DNA of 64,000 bases. Origin: an uncultured Spirochaetota bacterium. GTDB taxonomy: Bacteria; Spirochaetota; Spirochaetia; SZUA-6; Fen-1364. The DNA is taken from assembly GCA_963820525.1 (NCBI GenBank), contig CAWGAA010000001.1, positions 1,568,001 through 1,632,000 of the forward strand, given 5' to 3'. Within the stretch, counting starts at the first letter, position 1. Every line of letters begins with the position of its first letter. The position numbers and the translations under genes were made by a program. A model generated the notes under the pieces. The model saw only the letters and a program-made list of their open reading frames with translations. It did not search any database and was not told the origin of the DNA. This document shows, piece after piece, positions 37,701-46,062 of this stretch.

Positions 37701-40320
37701 GCCACCCACGGTCCTCGGCGTCGGGGATGCTGATCCCGGCGTATTGCGTGAAGGGATGGAAGGGCATTGAGAAGGTATCCGAGTTGATGTTCCCTCCCGG
37801 CTCGTACACCCGCGTCTTGAAGCTCGCCTTGAGCTTTCCCGGCGCGATGCTGTTCGCCGTGAGGTTCATCGAGAACTGGGCCTTCCCCTCGGAGTCCAGA
37901 GAGCCCTTGAACACCTCCCTGCTCTCCGCCTTGAAGACGCGCACCGGATCGTCGAACGCGTACCCCCGATACGCGGGAAAAGCCGTGGGAATGGAGGTGA
38001 GCTGCACGCTCACGTCAGTGTCCATGTTGCCGGCCACGGCTCCGTGGAGCCACCGCACCTCGATGGAGCCCGCGGCCTCCTCCGTGGTCAGCTCCTGGAC
38101 GCTCCCGAACCCGATGGAGATTTTCAGCCGGTTGGGTTTCACGGTTTCAACGGGAAGCTCCTTGCTGAAGGAAATGCCGCCGACCGTGACCTTGGCCTGG
38201 TAGGTGCCCGTGGGCGCCTCCGCTCCCGTCTCGAGGGCGAAATGATAGAAGCTTCCCACGGGATCGTTCTTTCTTGCTGTTTTCACCAGTCTTCCCGACG
38301 GATCATAAAGCCTGAGGATGACGGGGTGGTCCGCCGGCAGGACCTTGTTCTTGTCTTGGAGAATGAACGTGAGATAAATGGGATCTCCGGGCCTCCACAC
38401 ACCCCTCTCGCCGTAGATGAATCCCTTGATCCCCTGCTGGACCTGCTGGCCCGTGACGTCGAAATGGCTGACGGGGAGATTGCTGGCGCCCTGGAGCTTC
38501 AGATACCCTTTGGTGCCCCTGGCCTCCGCGGTCACGATGAAGCCCTCGTCGGAGAGGGCCAGGGAAGCAAGTCCCGAGGAGTCCGTCCTTGCCTGGGCGA
38601 TCTTTTGAAGCTGATAGTCGAACACCGACACCACGGCATCCGCCACCGGCTCCGCGGTGAGGAGGTTCGAGACGGCAAGGGTGAGCCTGTTGTTGGCGTC
38701 GCTCTGGGCGATGATCCCCAGGTCCGAAACGAGGAAATTCCGCGCGGCGCGAATGGACTTTCCCTCGTAGTAGTAGTTGCTGTAAAAGGCGGGATGCCGC
38801 GGATTGTTCCTGTTCTGGTAGTAGTTGTCGTAGTCGCGCTCCCCCTGCGCGGATCCATAGTCGTCCCAGAACGAAGCGCTCAAGACCCTGAGGTTCGCGG
38901 AAGGCTCCAAGACTTCCAGGTTTTCCAGCGGGAACGACTTGAGCTCGGCCTCGGAGAGCTCAGGCCCCGGGTACTCGATGTGCCGGACGTCGAAGGAGAG
39001 GGTGATCCTGTAGAGGCTGTGCCTGTCGTCCTTCACAAGCGGGGACAGATCGAGCGCCGTCCTGATCCATTGATTGCGCCGATCCGCGGCGTAGGGAACC
39101 GGGACGATCTTCTTCCAAATAGTCTTTCCAACCCTGTTCAGCTCTCTGTCATCGGAAAGCTCGTTCACCTGGAGGAACTGGTCGATGTTGTCGGCGTAGA
39201 TCTTCTGGATCTCCACGATGATGGCGTTGAGGTTCACCGTCTCCACAGGCACCGTCACGCCCTCCTTCTGGGGGAGGATGACTCCATTGCCGATGAACCT
39301 GACTTCCGGGATGAGGGTCTTGAAGGAGATGCTCTGGACCGCGTCCGCGGACAGGACGTCCCCCACGGCGTTCTTGATCCCCTTCTTGACGGAGATCTCC
39401 ACCGTGTCGCCCCAATCAGAGAGGGAGTAGACCTTGAGCACGGTATCCTGGGCGGTGAACCGCAGGCCCCGCGGCGGGTTGGCGGTAATGAATCCACGAT
39501 AATCCTGGCGCGGAAGAAGCGGATCGGAGAAGCTCACCTCCACGAACCGTTCGGGGGACTCCACCGCCTTCACGGAGAGCACCTTGAAGACGCCCTTCTG
39601 GGGAATCTCGACTTCGACGGTCTCTCTCTTTGCGGCATCAACCGCCCCCCCGTCCAGGACGATCGTCAGCCGCTGAGGTTTGTCCCCCTTGACGATGCCC
39701 TTCACGGAAAAGCCATGCTCCACCTTGGAATGGCTCCACTCGATCTTCATGCGCTTCCCGTCCAGGGCAGCGGAAAGCGTTTTCTCGATGGCACTGGCAT
39801 CCGCGACGTCGGATGTCCGCAGGGTGCCGGTGTACTGAAGCTCGCTGATGTTCGATGTGCCCGCGCCCTGAAGCTGCCCCGACTCCACGGAGAGCGTCTG
39901 CGTCACGATCGAGAAGGAGAAGTGAAACCGGCTGGTGGAGGCGAAGCGCGCCGCGTCTATCTTTTGGGGAGATACCTCCACCGTGTATTTGACTCCGCGG
40001 GGAAGCGGCTTCGACGCGTTGCACTCGATGGTCCTTGTATCGGTCCAGACCCAGGAGCCCGGAAGTGAGGGGGAAACCGAGATGACTCCCCGCGCCGTCT
40101 CCTTTCCAACGAGGTCCCGCGGGATCGCCTCATTGACGAATCTCACCATGATCCTGCTTTCCGAGGAGATGGCCCCGGAAGAATGGGCGGAAACAATCTG
40201 GGCGTCCGCTGTGGACTCATAATCGAGATCCTTCCCTCCACCGCCCTTCCCACACGAGATGACAAGCAGGGTGAGGATGAAAACTGCCAGCGCACCGGTG
40301 AGACACGCTTTTTTCGTCAT
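34726..40320 (-). CDS. Bacterial alpha-2-macroglobulin lipoprotein
   Basis: Lipobox LVISC, ERGVWRPGD, thioester motif YPYGCIEQT, DIRDDR, AMYD; about 1860 aa. Confidence 0.95.
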   Translation of the reverse strand: MTKKACLTGALAVFILTLLVISCGKGGGGKDLDYESTADAQIVSAHSSGAISSESRIMVRFVNEAIPRDLVGKETARGVISVSPSLPGSWVWTDTRTIECNASKPLPRGVKYTVEVSPQKIDAARFASTSRFHFSFSIVTQTLSVESGQLQGAGTSNISELQYTGTLRTSDVADASAIEKTLSAALDGKRMKIEWSHSKVEHGFSVKGIVKGDKPQRLTIVLDGGAVDAAKRETVEVEIPQKGVFKVLSVKAVESPERFVEVSFSDPLLPRQDYRGFITANPPRGLRFTAQDTVLKVYSLSDWGDTVEISVKKGIKNAVGDVLSADAVQSISFKTLIPEVRFIGNGVILPQKEGVTVPVETVNLNAIIVEIQKIYADNIDQFLQVNELSDDRELNRVGKTIWKKIVPVPYAADRRNQWIRTALDLSPLVKDDRHSLYRITLSFDVRHIEYPGPELSEAELKSFPLENLEVLEPSANLRVLSASFWDDYGSAQGERDYDNYYQNRNNPRHPAFYSNYYYEGKSIRAARNFLVSDLGIIAQSDANNRLTLAVSNLLTAEPVADAVVSVFDYQLQKIAQARTDSSGLASLALSDEGFIVTAEARGTKGYLKLQGASNLPVSHFDVTGQQVQQGIKGFIYGERGVWRPGDPIYLTFILQDKNKVLPADHPVILRLYDPSGRLVKTARKNDPVGSFYHFALETGAEAPTGTYQAKVTVGGISFSKELPVETVKPNRLKISIGFGSVQELTTEEAAGSIEVRWLHGAVAGNMDTDVSVQLTSIPTAFPAYRGYAFDDPVRVFKAESREVFKGSLDSEGKAQFSMNLTANSIAPGKLKASFKTRVYEPGGNINSDTFSMPFHPFTQYAGISIPDAEDRGWLDVDQPHKVQIALVTPNGKPVPSGEVGIDVYEIGWRWWWDRQDDNIADYLGSRDYRLMSSEQVKVKGGAAEWSLKFKERVWGRYLVRVRDMKSGHATGQVVYMVWPGWYYSSPEGGGDSASMLVFSADKESYTVGETAKITIPTAQKGKALVSIENNGTLISTEWIETRSGQTIYPLRITQAMTPNVYVHVSLVQPHGQTVNDRPIRMFGIIPIKVEDPATRLSPVISSANVFEPNSTVRVSVSEASGKPMTYTLAVVDIGLLDLTRFATPDPWGHFFKRDAIGVSTFDMYGFVAAAYGGTLEKLLAVGGGEEGAGKEGRKANRFPPMVRFMGPFSLAQGKTATHEVSIPQYIGAVRVMAVAGSESAYGFAEKEVAVKKPVMVYGTLPRVVSVTEQFALPVSVFALENGISSVSVKVKAGGKIKVVGESSKTVSFASPGDQLVAFDLAALSSPGFAEVEITASAGKISSSQKMEIDVRVPNPSITTVDSLVLKKGETRDQKIVLPGLPGTNSAVLEVSKIAPINLERRLQYLIHYPYGCIEQTTSGAFPQLYLNKITELSEAEAAEVQRNVQAGIDRIQHFQTSSGGFGYWPGDDTASSYSTTYAAHFILEAERLGYVVPEAMKRNMISFLKTQVGRWSWNVDRSDFVQAYALFDLALAGEPDLGAMNRMRERPSLPVEIRYKLAAAYSLAGQKQEALRLTQGEIPPLSPYVELGGTFGSDLRDKAILAEGLLESGQIDHAAALINDIANSLSSEQWYSTQTTAYSLLVIGKYMVTWKTGAAMKMSFEWNGKREAVESDAPVKRVPLALQDESGAKSIRVANESAEPIHVRIVKTGNPAPGKESATSNGLSLSVNYYDRDNKPLDVSSLPQGTDIIAEIQVENPTSRRYEELAMTYMAPAGWEIVNPRFEGWSQDSEKGFEYQDIRDDRVFTFLGLGGRSKKSLKLMLNASYLGKFYLPQSKVEAMYDASINAAAEGKWITVDEAAPKASK

Positions 40321-40559
40321 GAGACATCTCCCTTCTGAAGTTTTTATTGATTCGCGGGGGCGTCGGCGCCATTTTCCTCCACCTCGCGCCCCATAAAGTA
40401 TAGCCCGCCGCGATCCAGGCCGCAATCACACGGCGGGGAGCGTGTGCACGCCGTCTGCAATCACTTGTCGTTCCGCCATGAATGATATACTCTGCGCCAG
40501 ATCCGCGATGCGGTCCCGCATCGGCTTTCACCGTCCGATCTGCGGAAAGGGGTCACCCC

Positions 40560-42074
40560 ATGGACGCAAGCTTCCAGAACAGGGATATCATCTCGATCAC
40601 GGATTTCTCCCGCGAGGAGATCCTCCAGCTCTGCGAGGCGGGAAAGCGGATGTACGAGCTGGAGAAGAGCGGAAAGCGCAACAGCCTGCGCGACGCCCTG
40701 AAGTACCGCACCCTCTCCTACATGTTCTACGAGCCGAGCACCCGCACCCGCACCAGCTTCAATACGGGGATGCGCGAGCTCGGGGGGCGCTACGACGGGT
40801 TCTCCGGCACGGAGGGCACCTCCGTGATGAAGAACGAAACGGTGCGCGACACGGTCACCATGATGTGCGCCAACCACTTCGACGTGATCGTGATGCGTCA
40901 TCCCCTCGACGGATCCCTCCAGTGGGCCGCGGACGTGGCCAACATCCCCGTGGTGAACGGCGGGGACGGAAAGAACGAGCACCCGACGCAGGCGCTGCTC
41001 GACGTGCTCACGCTCTTCGTCCTGAAAAACGGAAAGCTGGACGGCCTTCGGGTGGGATTCGGAGGGGACCTCTCCCACGGCCGCACGGTCCGCTCGCTCA
41101 GCCTTGCGCTCTCACACTTCGACCACATCTCCATCCGCTGGGCCGCCGAGGACTTCCTCGGGATGCCGGAGGACCTCGCGCAGCTCTTGTCGGCGCGGGG
41201 AGTGAAGGTGGCGCGGGAGAAATCGGTGCGCGACGTCATGGGCAACGTCGACTTCTACTACATGACCCGGCCCCAGCTCGAGCGCATGCCCGGGGTCACG
41301 CAGAAGGACATCATGGCCATGATGAAGCAGTACCGCATAGACCTGGACAAGGTAAGGGGGTTCGACGTGCACGTCCTGCACCCCCTGCCGGTGAACAGCG
41401 AGGTGGCGGAGATCGACTACCGCGTGTACTTCACCCCGGCGCAGGCCTTCTTCGCCCAGGCCGAGTTCGGCATCTTCCTCAGAAAGGCGCTCCTGTACGA
41501 GATGCTCCGCCAGGAGAGCTACCTCCGCTACGACAGCCGCCTCCCCGCGGAGCTTGAAAAGGGGAACAACCGCCTGCCGCGCGCTCTCCACGGGACCAAG
41601 CAGCAGGCCATGTTCATAGACAAGATCAACAACGGCACCGTGATCGACCATCTGGCGGAGGGTACCCTCCGCGCGGTGGATGCCGTCCTCGACCTCGAAA
41701 ACCGCGGCCATTCCTGCACCACGGCCGTGATCGCCGAAAAGAAGCACCCCTTCATCAAGACGAACCTCCCCGAGCTCACCGAGCGGGACCTGAAGCAGAT
41801 CGCGCTCATCTCCCCGGAACCGACCGTCAACTACATCCAGGACGGCAGGGCGAGGGAGAAGTTCGTCTACCTCCTCTGCCGGAACTCCAACTGCATCACG
41901 CGCACGATCAACGAGGACGTGCCGCCCAAGTTCTACGCCGACTCGGGCGCCATCCGCTGCCGCTATTGCAGACGGCCCTACACGGTTTCTAGCTCCAAGG
42001 TGAACGACGATGAAAGGCGCGCCTACCTGCGCTCCCTTCCCGGCGGCATCACGACGGTGGCCTACCCGGACTGA
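40560..42074 (+). CDS. pyrBI: Fused aspartate carbamoyltransferase catalytic + regulatory subunit
   Basis: FYEPSTRTRTSF, EHPTQ, TRPQLER, HPLP, then PyrI-like INNGTVIDH and Zn ligands CRNSNC...CRYC. Confidence 0.92.
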   Translation: MDASFQNRDIISITDFSREEILQLCEAGKRMYELEKSGKRNSLRDALKYRTLSYMFYEPSTRTRTSFNTGMRELGGRYDGFSGTEGTSVMKNETVRDTVTMMCANHFDVIVMRHPLDGSLQWAADVANIPVVNGGDGKNEHPTQALLDVLTLFVLKNGKLDGLRVGFGGDLSHGRTVRSLSLALSHFDHISIRWAAEDFLGMPEDLAQLLSARGVKVAREKSVRDVMGNVDFYYMTRPQLERMPGVTQKDIMAMMKQYRIDLDKVRGFDVHVLHPLPVNSEVAEIDYRVYFTPAQAFFAQAEFGIFLRKALLYEMLRQESYLRYDSRLPAELEKGNNRLPRALHGTKQQAMFIDKINNGTVIDHLAEGTLRAVDAVLDLENRGHSCTTAVIAEKKHPFIKTNLPELTERDLKQIALISPEPTVNYIQDGRAREKFVYLLCRNSNCITRTINEDVPPKFYADSGAIRCRYCRRPYTVSSSKVNDDERRAYLRSLPGGITTVAYPD

Positions 42075-42081
42075 AAGCGCG

Positions 42082-43152
42082 ATGATAGATCCTCACGTCC
42101 ATCTGAGGGACTGGAGCCAGGCCCACAAGGAAACCCTTCGCCACGGCCTGTCCGTTGCCTGGCGCGCCGGACTCGACGGCGTGTTCGAGATGCCCAACAC
42201 CGACCCTCCCCTCACCTCGCGGCAGGCCATCCAGCGGCGCATCGCGGACGCCGACTCCGCGATCTCCGCCCTCGGCATTCCCATCTTCCATGGGCTGTAC
42301 GCCGGGCTCACGCCCGAGCCCGCGCAGGTAGAGGAGGCGGTGCGCGCCTGGCGCGAGCTCTTCCCGCGGGTTGTGGGGCTCAAGCTGTTCGCGGGCCACT
42401 CCACGGGAAACATGGGAATCGTTGGACGCGAGGCGCAGGCGGTGATCTATCGACGGCTGGCAGAGCTGGAGTTCACGGGGGTCCTCGCCATCCACTGCGA
42501 GAAGGAGGAGCTCATTCGAAAGCGGCCGGATGGAAGCCAGGACTGGGACCCCGCTCATCCGTCCAGCCACGCAAAGGCCAGGCCGCCGGCCGCGGAGGTG
42601 GCATCGGTGGACGACCAGGTGGAGCTTGCGCGGCAGTCCGGTTTTGCCGGCACGCTGCACATCTGCCACATCTCGACACCCTTCGCCCTGGACCTGCTTC
42701 GCGGAAAGCACACGGGCGCTGCCAGCCTGCCGGCGTTTCGGCTGACCTGCGGACTGACCCCCCACCACGCCCTCCTCGATTCGGAGCTCATGGACGGCCC
42801 CGGCGGCCTGTTGTTGAAGACAAATCCGCCCCTGCGGCCCAAGCCGATGCCCACCCAGATGCACTCGCGGCTCATATCCGGAGAGATCGACTGGCTGGAG
42901 ACGGATCACGCGCCGCATTCATTAAAGGAGAAAACGGAAGCTTTCCCCTCCGGGATTCCGGGCCTGCCGTTCTATCCCCGGTTCGTGAAGCTGCTGCGAG
43001 ACAAGGGCGCCTCAGAGCAACGGATCGGCGAGCTGACTCACGGCGCGATATCCAGGGCGTTCGGGATCGCTGTTCCCGACAGGCGGCGGGCGCCGGACAT
43101 GGAGCTTTCCCGGGAATACGAGTTCGATCCCTTCGCGTCCCTGCGCGCTTGA
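42082..43152 (+). CDS. pyrC: Dihydroorotase
   Basis: IDPHVHLRD, MPNT, HCE, CHIST, TPHH, KTNPPLR, TDHAPH; follows pyrBI. Confidence 0.9.
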   Translation: MIDPHVHLRDWSQAHKETLRHGLSVAWRAGLDGVFEMPNTDPPLTSRQAIQRRIADADSAISALGIPIFHGLYAGLTPEPAQVEEAVRAWRELFPRVVGLKLFAGHSTGNMGIVGREAQAVIYRRLAELEFTGVLAIHCEKEELIRKRPDGSQDWDPAHPSSHAKARPPAAEVASVDDQVELARQSGFAGTLHICHISTPFALDLLRGKHTGAASLPAFRLTCGLTPHHALLDSELMDGPGGLLLKTNPPLRPKPMPTQMHSRLISGEIDWLETDHAPHSLKEKTEAFPSGIPGLPFYPRFVKLLRDKGASEQRIGELTHGAISRAFGIAVPDRRRAPDMELSREYEFDPFASLRA

Positions 43153-43174
43153 GCGATGCTCTCGGCCGGTCCCC

Positions 43175-43759
43175 TCATCCCGGCTTCTTGTTGAGCGCGG
43201 AGTTGCCCACCACTTTTTCTATCCTGCTTTTCCGTGTCTCGGGCTTCCTGGCGTCGGTCACCCAGCGGATGTACATGTTCCGGGAGCTCCTGGAAAACCC
43301 GTTGAAGTTCGCCCACGCTCCCTGATCCCTCATCAGGGCCGCCCTGAGGTCCCGCGGCAGGGCAAGCTCCTCCGCGATCACGTACGCATTGGCCCACGCG
43401 CCGCTCGCCTTGACCTGCCGCACCGAAGCGAGTCCGGATCCGTGCATCCGCCCGGCCTTTAGCAGGCGCTGGGCACGCTCCTTGTTTCCCTTGGACCAGA
43501 TGCTCTTGGGGCGGCGGGGAGAGAACCGAAGGAGAAACGATCCGCCGTCGTGGCTCAGGAGCTTGCCGTCGATCCAGCCGAAACAGACAGCCTCATCGAG
43601 TGCATCCTCGTAGAGAACGCCGGGGCCCGGCGCGCTCTTCTTGCGGAGGATGAGCCATACTCCGTCGGATGAGGAATGGTTCCTGACAAGCCAGCGCCGC
43701 CACTCTGCGGGAGTCTTCACCTGGAGAGGGACCGGCTCATCCACGCCGTCCCGGGACAT
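43175..43759 (-). CDS. YdeI/OmpD-associated family protein
   Basis: WRRWL, DEAVCFGWIDG, RFSPRRPKSIWS, AR-PETRKSRI; GGAGG RBS. Confidence 0.85.
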   Translation of the reverse strand: MSRDGVDEPVPLQVKTPAEWRRWLVRNHSSSDGVWLILRKKSAPGPGVLYEDALDEAVCFGWIDGKLLSHDGGSFLLRFSPRRPKSIWSKGNKERAQRLLKAGRMHGSGLASVRQVKASGAWANAYVIAEELALPRDLRAALMRDQGAWANFNGFSRSSRNMYIRWVTDARKPETRKSRIEKVVGNSALNKKPG

Positions 43760-43809
43760 CGCACTACCTCCTCGGCCTCGTTTTGTCGGCCGCCTTCGCC
43801 GCCGCGCCT

Positions 43810-44298
43810 CTAAAGAAGAAGCTGCATGAGGTGAACGTCCAAGAGCCTTCCGAACTTGAATCCCACTTCCTTCATCGTGCCCACCATGAAAAAGCCCGCC
43901 CATTCGTGAAGGCGGATGCTCACGGGATTGTCCTGGGCGATGCGCGCCAGGATTGCATGGTGCCCCAGCCGCCGCCCCTCTTCCACGATCGCTTTCATGA
44001 GCCGCTTCCCGATCCCCCGTCCCCTCTTCTCCTCCGAGATGTAGATGGAGATCTCGACCGTGCGCGAGTAGGCGGCCCGATCGGAGTAGGGGCTCAAGGA
44101 AGCCCAGCCGGATATGCGCCCTCCGTCTTCGGCTACAAGCACGGGATGCCGGGGCCCATGCTCCTCGAACCAGGCCCGCCTCTCCTCTGGGGATTTCGGT
44201 TCCGTGTCGAAGGTGGCGGTCGTCGTGGAGACCGCCTGATTGTAGATCTCGTTGATCCGGTCCAGGTCTCCCGGGGCCGCGCTGCGAATCGTCTCCAC
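43810..44298 (-). CDS. GNAT N-acetyltransferase (phosphinothricin / methionine-sulfoximine acetyltransferase-like)
   Basis: IYNQAV..TTATFD, VEISIYI, RGRGIG, SIRLH, GFKFGR. Confidence 0.88.
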   Translation of the reverse strand: METIRSAAPGDLDRINEIYNQAVSTTTATFDTEPKSPEERRAWFEEHGPRHPVLVAEDGGRISGWASLSPYSDRAAYSRTVEISIYISEEKRGRGIGKRLMKAIVEEGRRLGHHAILARIAQDNPVSIRLHEWAGFFMVGTMKEVGFKFGRLLDVHLMQLLL

Positions 44299-44317
44299 GC
44301 CCGAATCCTCCCGCGCG

Positions 44318-45961
44318 TTAGAACAGGTAGTCGGTGTTGACGAAGTTCGACGCCCGCCCCCGAAGCATATCGCTCAACAGCCCCTTGTTGAGCTCGCTTT
44401 CCGGCGCCGCGACCATGGAGCGGATGGAGAAACAGCGAAGCGCATCCGAGACCGAAAGGGTGGCCTCCGCGCTGTCCTTGCGCCCCGTGAATGGGTACAC
44501 GTCCGGTCCCCGCTGGCATTGGGCGTTGAGGTTGACCCGGCAAACCTGGTTGGCGAACACGTCGATGAGGGGCCCGATCACCGCGGGGTTTCGCCCGAAG
44601 ATGCTCGCCTGCTGGCCGTAGCTGGAGGCCACCACGTAGTCGAAGACCTCCCGCACGTCGTCGAACACCGCGATGGGCACCACCGGCCCGAACTGCTCCA
44701 CCGAGTACAGCTCCATGTCCGCCCTCACGGGAAAAACAACGGATGGAAAATAAAAGCTTTCCCGGGCGAGCCCGCCATGGCGGTTCACTACCCGCGCCCC
44801 CTTGGAGACGGCGTCCGCAGCCAGCGCCTGCATCCTCTCCGCCTTTCCCGGCTCGGGAAGCGGCGTGATCCGCACCCCCTTTTCCCACGGCATGCCGAAG
44901 GGAAGAGCGTCCACAGCGTCGGAAAGCTTTCCCGCAAAGCTCTCGGCGATCTTCCTCTGGACGAAAAGCAGCTTGAGGGCCGTGCACCTCTGGCCGTTGA
45001 AGGAAAGGGCGCCCGTGAGGCACTCGGACACGGCGAGGTCGATGTCCGCGTCCTCCAGGACGATGGCCGGGTTCTTGGCGTCCAGCCCCAGGATGCACCG
45101 GAGACGGTTCGGCATCGGGTGCTGGCGCTTGAGGAGATTGGCAACGCGCGAGCTTCCGATGAAGGCAAGCGCCGCGATCTGGCCGCTTTCGACGATGGGC
45201 CCGGCCACCTCCCTGCCGTCGCCGTTGACGATGTTGATAACCCCGGGCGGGAAGCTTTCGGCGAAACAGGAGAGCAGCGGCGCCTGGCAGAGCGAGCCGA
45301 ATCGCGGCAGCTTGGCCACCACCGTGTTGCCCATGGCCAGCGCCGGAATCAGGGTGGTGAAGGTCTCGTTCAAGGGATAGTTGAACGGGCCCATACAGAG
45401 CACCACTCCCAGCGGAGCGCGCCGGATGTGGGCCATCACTCCGCCGTTTGACGAGAATCTGGAGCCGGCGCGGTCGGTCTCCTTGAGCGCCTCGATCGTG
45501 TCCGCGATGTATTGCACGGTCCTGTCGAACTCGCGCTCGCTGTCGGCGCGGCTCTTGCCGATCTCCCACATAAGGAGGCGCACCGACTCCTCCCTCACGC
45601 CCAGCATACGGCGGGTGAAGTCCTGGAGCCTTTCGACCCTTTCGCCGACGCGCATGGTAGGCCACCGGCCCCGGCCGTGGTCCCATGCCCGCGCCGCCGC
45701 ATCGAGGGCCGACAAGGCCTCTGCCTTGTCCAGCCTGGCCTGCGGACCGATCCGCCTTCGCGCGAGCGTCCCGTCGCCGGCAATGCAGATCGGGGACAGC
45801 ACCTGCTCGACATCGCCCGACCACCGGCGGATCTCTCCGTTTATCAGGTAGCTCACTCCCCTGTCGTAGCTGCCGCCTGCGGGCGCGAAATCGGCCTCGG
45901 GAGGGATCTCCTCCCGGCGAGGGAAAAGCGACGCCAATTTCTTTCTCACATCCACGCTCAT
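44318..45961 (-). CDS. gapN: Non-phosphorylating NADP-dependent glyceraldehyde-3-phosphate dehydrogenase (ALDH family)
   Basis: GPFNYPLNET, FIGSS, LGLDAKN, FNGQRCTALK, EQFGP, PFTGRKDSAE. Confidence 0.85.
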   Translation of the reverse strand: MSVDVRKKLASLFPRREEIPPEADFAPAGGSYDRGVSYLINGEIRRWSGDVEQVLSPICIAGDGTLARRRIGPQARLDKAEALSALDAAARAWDHGRGRWPTMRVGERVERLQDFTRRMLGVREESVRLLMWEIGKSRADSEREFDRTVQYIADTIEALKETDRAGSRFSSNGGVMAHIRRAPLGVVLCMGPFNYPLNETFTTLIPALAMGNTVVAKLPRFGSLCQAPLLSCFAESFPPGVINIVNGDGREVAGPIVESGQIAALAFIGSSRVANLLKRQHPMPNRLRCILGLDAKNPAIVLEDADIDLAVSECLTGALSFNGQRCTALKLLFVQRKIAESFAGKLSDAVDALPFGMPWEKGVRITPLPEPGKAERMQALAADAVSKGARVVNRHGGLARESFYFPSVVFPVRADMELYSVEQFGPVVPIAVFDDVREVFDYVVASSYGQQASIFGRNPAVIGPLIDVFANQVCRVNLNAQCQRGPDVYPFTGRKDSAEATLSVSDALRCFSIRSMVAAPESELNKGLLSDMLRGRASNFVNTDYLF

Positions 45962-45967
45962 GACAAA

Positions 45968-46043
45968 AGAGTGCGTTTCACCCGAAGCGGTGTCAAGGAG
46001 CCGGCCCGGGCGCCTTGACGCTCACCGCTCTCGTTATTATCCT
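45968..46043. promoter_or_regulatory. Divergent promoters for gapN (-) and the XPB helicase (+)
   Basis: Minus TTGACA-17-CACTCT (45996..45968); plus TTGACG-17-TATCCT (46015..46043). Confidence 0.6.
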
Positions 46044-46062
46044 TTTCGCGCCCCAGAACCCA

